A stretch of DNA of 64,000 nucleotides from Raillietiella orientalis. Taxonomy: Eukaryota. The DNA lies in assembly GCA_036172245.1 (NCBI GenBank), contig JAYWIR010000011.1, positions 3,100,001-3,164,000 on the forward strand. The letters are read 5' to 3'. The translations under genes were made by a program, and so were the position numbers. Every line of letters starts with the position of its first letter. Position 1 is the first letter of the stretch. Positions 62,661-64,000 of the stretch are shown here, piece by piece. A model generated the notes under the pieces. It was not told the origin of the DNA. It made no database searches and saw only the letters and a program-made list of their open reading frames with translations.

Positions 62661-63763
62661 TGAGAAATGGTTTTCACGCCCGGATACCGCAGCCATGCGG
62701 CCGCTGCCAACCCGGGGTCCTACCATCCGTGTCCCTACCTCAGCCGGCGTTCCTTTGCTGGAGAAGAAGAACAGTGGCCTTCAGCTGAGCGAAACACCTC
62801 AATTGATTTCAGACCCTTTTCCTTCTTTCGCTGCGTACGCCTCCTCCCATGCCCTTTCAGTGAATTCTCTCACATGGAGGGGGGGGGGGGAACTTGCGGA
62901 TCGTGGAAAGTCACCCCGGGTGCAAGCGGAGGGGATCCTCTTGCACTTTCATTGAATGCACCAGCTTTGCGTGCGCTGCTGGGGATTTCCTTCAGTGAGC
63001 CACCCCCTCAGATCCAATGAGGGGCTCCGCATCAGATCGCTTATCCACAGCAGCATAGGCTGCAGGATCAGCTGGACCGCCGTGCGTGCTCAGCTGGAAA
63101 AGCTATCTCCTGCCTCCCACTCCCCAGGAACTTCAGTGGGTGACCTTCCAGGGATTACTTCTACTGCTGGGTCAGTTCTTCCCTTCACACCAAAGAGAGG
63201 GAGGCCGAGTGATTTTCTCAGCATCCGTGGCATTGGTCACCATGCGTTCTCTTCCCTGAGAGACCGGCATCTCATCTTTCGAGCGGTTTCCTAGAAGGCC
63301 TCTCCTTGGAGAAAAACAGGAGACCTCTCCCGTGCCATTTTTCTGCCCCCCGTCCAGAAGCTCCTACGTGCTGCTTCATTCCTCTCCAAGTGATTCTCGA
63401 GGTCTCCGCGTCGAGTATCCTTGGAACGTCTTGGATGCTTCCTTCAAGAGGGGAGGTTTTTCCCTCTAAGAGGATGCGGAAGCTCCGCCGTTACCCACGG
63501 AGTCGAAACTCTCCTGGGTCTTTAAACGGACTCAAGAGACGAGTCTTCAAAAACGAAGAGGATGGAAAGGGGTAAACTATTCCCAGAAAGCAGGAATTGC
63601 GAGTCGATTCCAGGTCCGCAACAAATTCCGAGAGGAGAAGAAGAAAAACAGACAAAAAAAAAAAAAAAAAATGCTTCATCTTCTGACGACTTGAAGCGTC
63701 CAGGGGTCGACACACAATGTCGCCGGAGCGTTTATTTATAAAAACAAATATACAAGTCAGTGG

Positions 63764-64000
63764 CAGGACGCTTGGTCCTGCCACGTTACTTATAACTACT
63801 AGAATGAACTGACGAGAACTGGAGCGCAGGCCGGTGGGGTTTGCCTTGGCAGCAGAGGGGGAGGGAAACAACAAAAAAAGAAAAATGAAAGAAAAAATAT
63901 ATACAAAAAAATTGGGAGGGTTTGGGAAGGAATCACTGGGTTCTGGAGGATGTCCTTTGCATCCTTGTAAGGATGCCGGCAAGTTTCTGTTTCGCGATCC
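63764..64000. repeat. Dispersed repeat family B, copy 3 (may continue past the window)
   Basis: ccggtggggtttgccttggcagcaga...aaaaatgaaa...gggaaggaatcac...ggaggatgtcctttgcatcctt...ccggcaagtttctg. Confidence 0.62.

Noticed and set aside
14700..64000. Hundreds of overlapping 60-490-aa ORFs in all six frames
   Set aside because: They are Arg/Pro/Gly/Ser-rich, lack recognisable domains and overlap on both strands, as expected from stop-codon scarcity in GC-rich, TA-poor DNA. Only the SLC16 exons and the orphan pair have protein-like composition.
14500..64000. Bacterial or viral insertion or contaminant explaining the high GC
   Set aside because: The region contains a spliced animal SLC16 gene, microsatellites and eukaryotic TE relics, with no operon-like coding density or viral hallmark genes.
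14500..64000. Hammerhead or HDV ribozymes in the repeats
   Set aside because: The few CTGAnGA words noticed lack the flanking stems and GAAA pairing. An Infernal/RNArobo scan would be needed to exclude them fully.

Overview
This is eukaryotic genomic DNA from an invertebrate, probably an arthropod, judging from the SH3BGR, brummer-type ATGL and SLC16 sequences and a (TTAGG)n tract. It falls into two very different domains. About 1-14.5 kb is AT-rich (roughly one-third GC by eye) and gene-dense, with very small introns. It holds SH3BGR (minus strand, with a >420-aa acidic tail running off the window), PNPLA2/ATGL (plus, 6 exons) and NDFIP (minus, 5 coding exons). About 14.5-64 kb is GC- and CpG-rich (roughly 60% by eye) and repeat-rich. 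It holds a 6-exon SLC16/monocarboxylate transporter gene (minus, 24402-34396), about 7 copies or fragments of a tRNA-headed, A-tailed SINE-like element, a second 3-copy repeat, and heavily decayed DIRS-, Tx1/L1-, CR1-, pogo- and possibly BEL-like relics. Two items stand out. The first is a head-to-head pair of paralogous, intronless small membrane-protein genes that I do not recognise (58318-58611 minus, 60694-61164 plus; 29/61 ungapped identity). The second is a perfect 30-bp-stem hairpin at 20328-20404. Nearly all long ORFs in the GC-rich domain are compositional artefacts. No CRISPR array, rRNA or intact tRNA gene is seen. All calls are by eye, without database searches.
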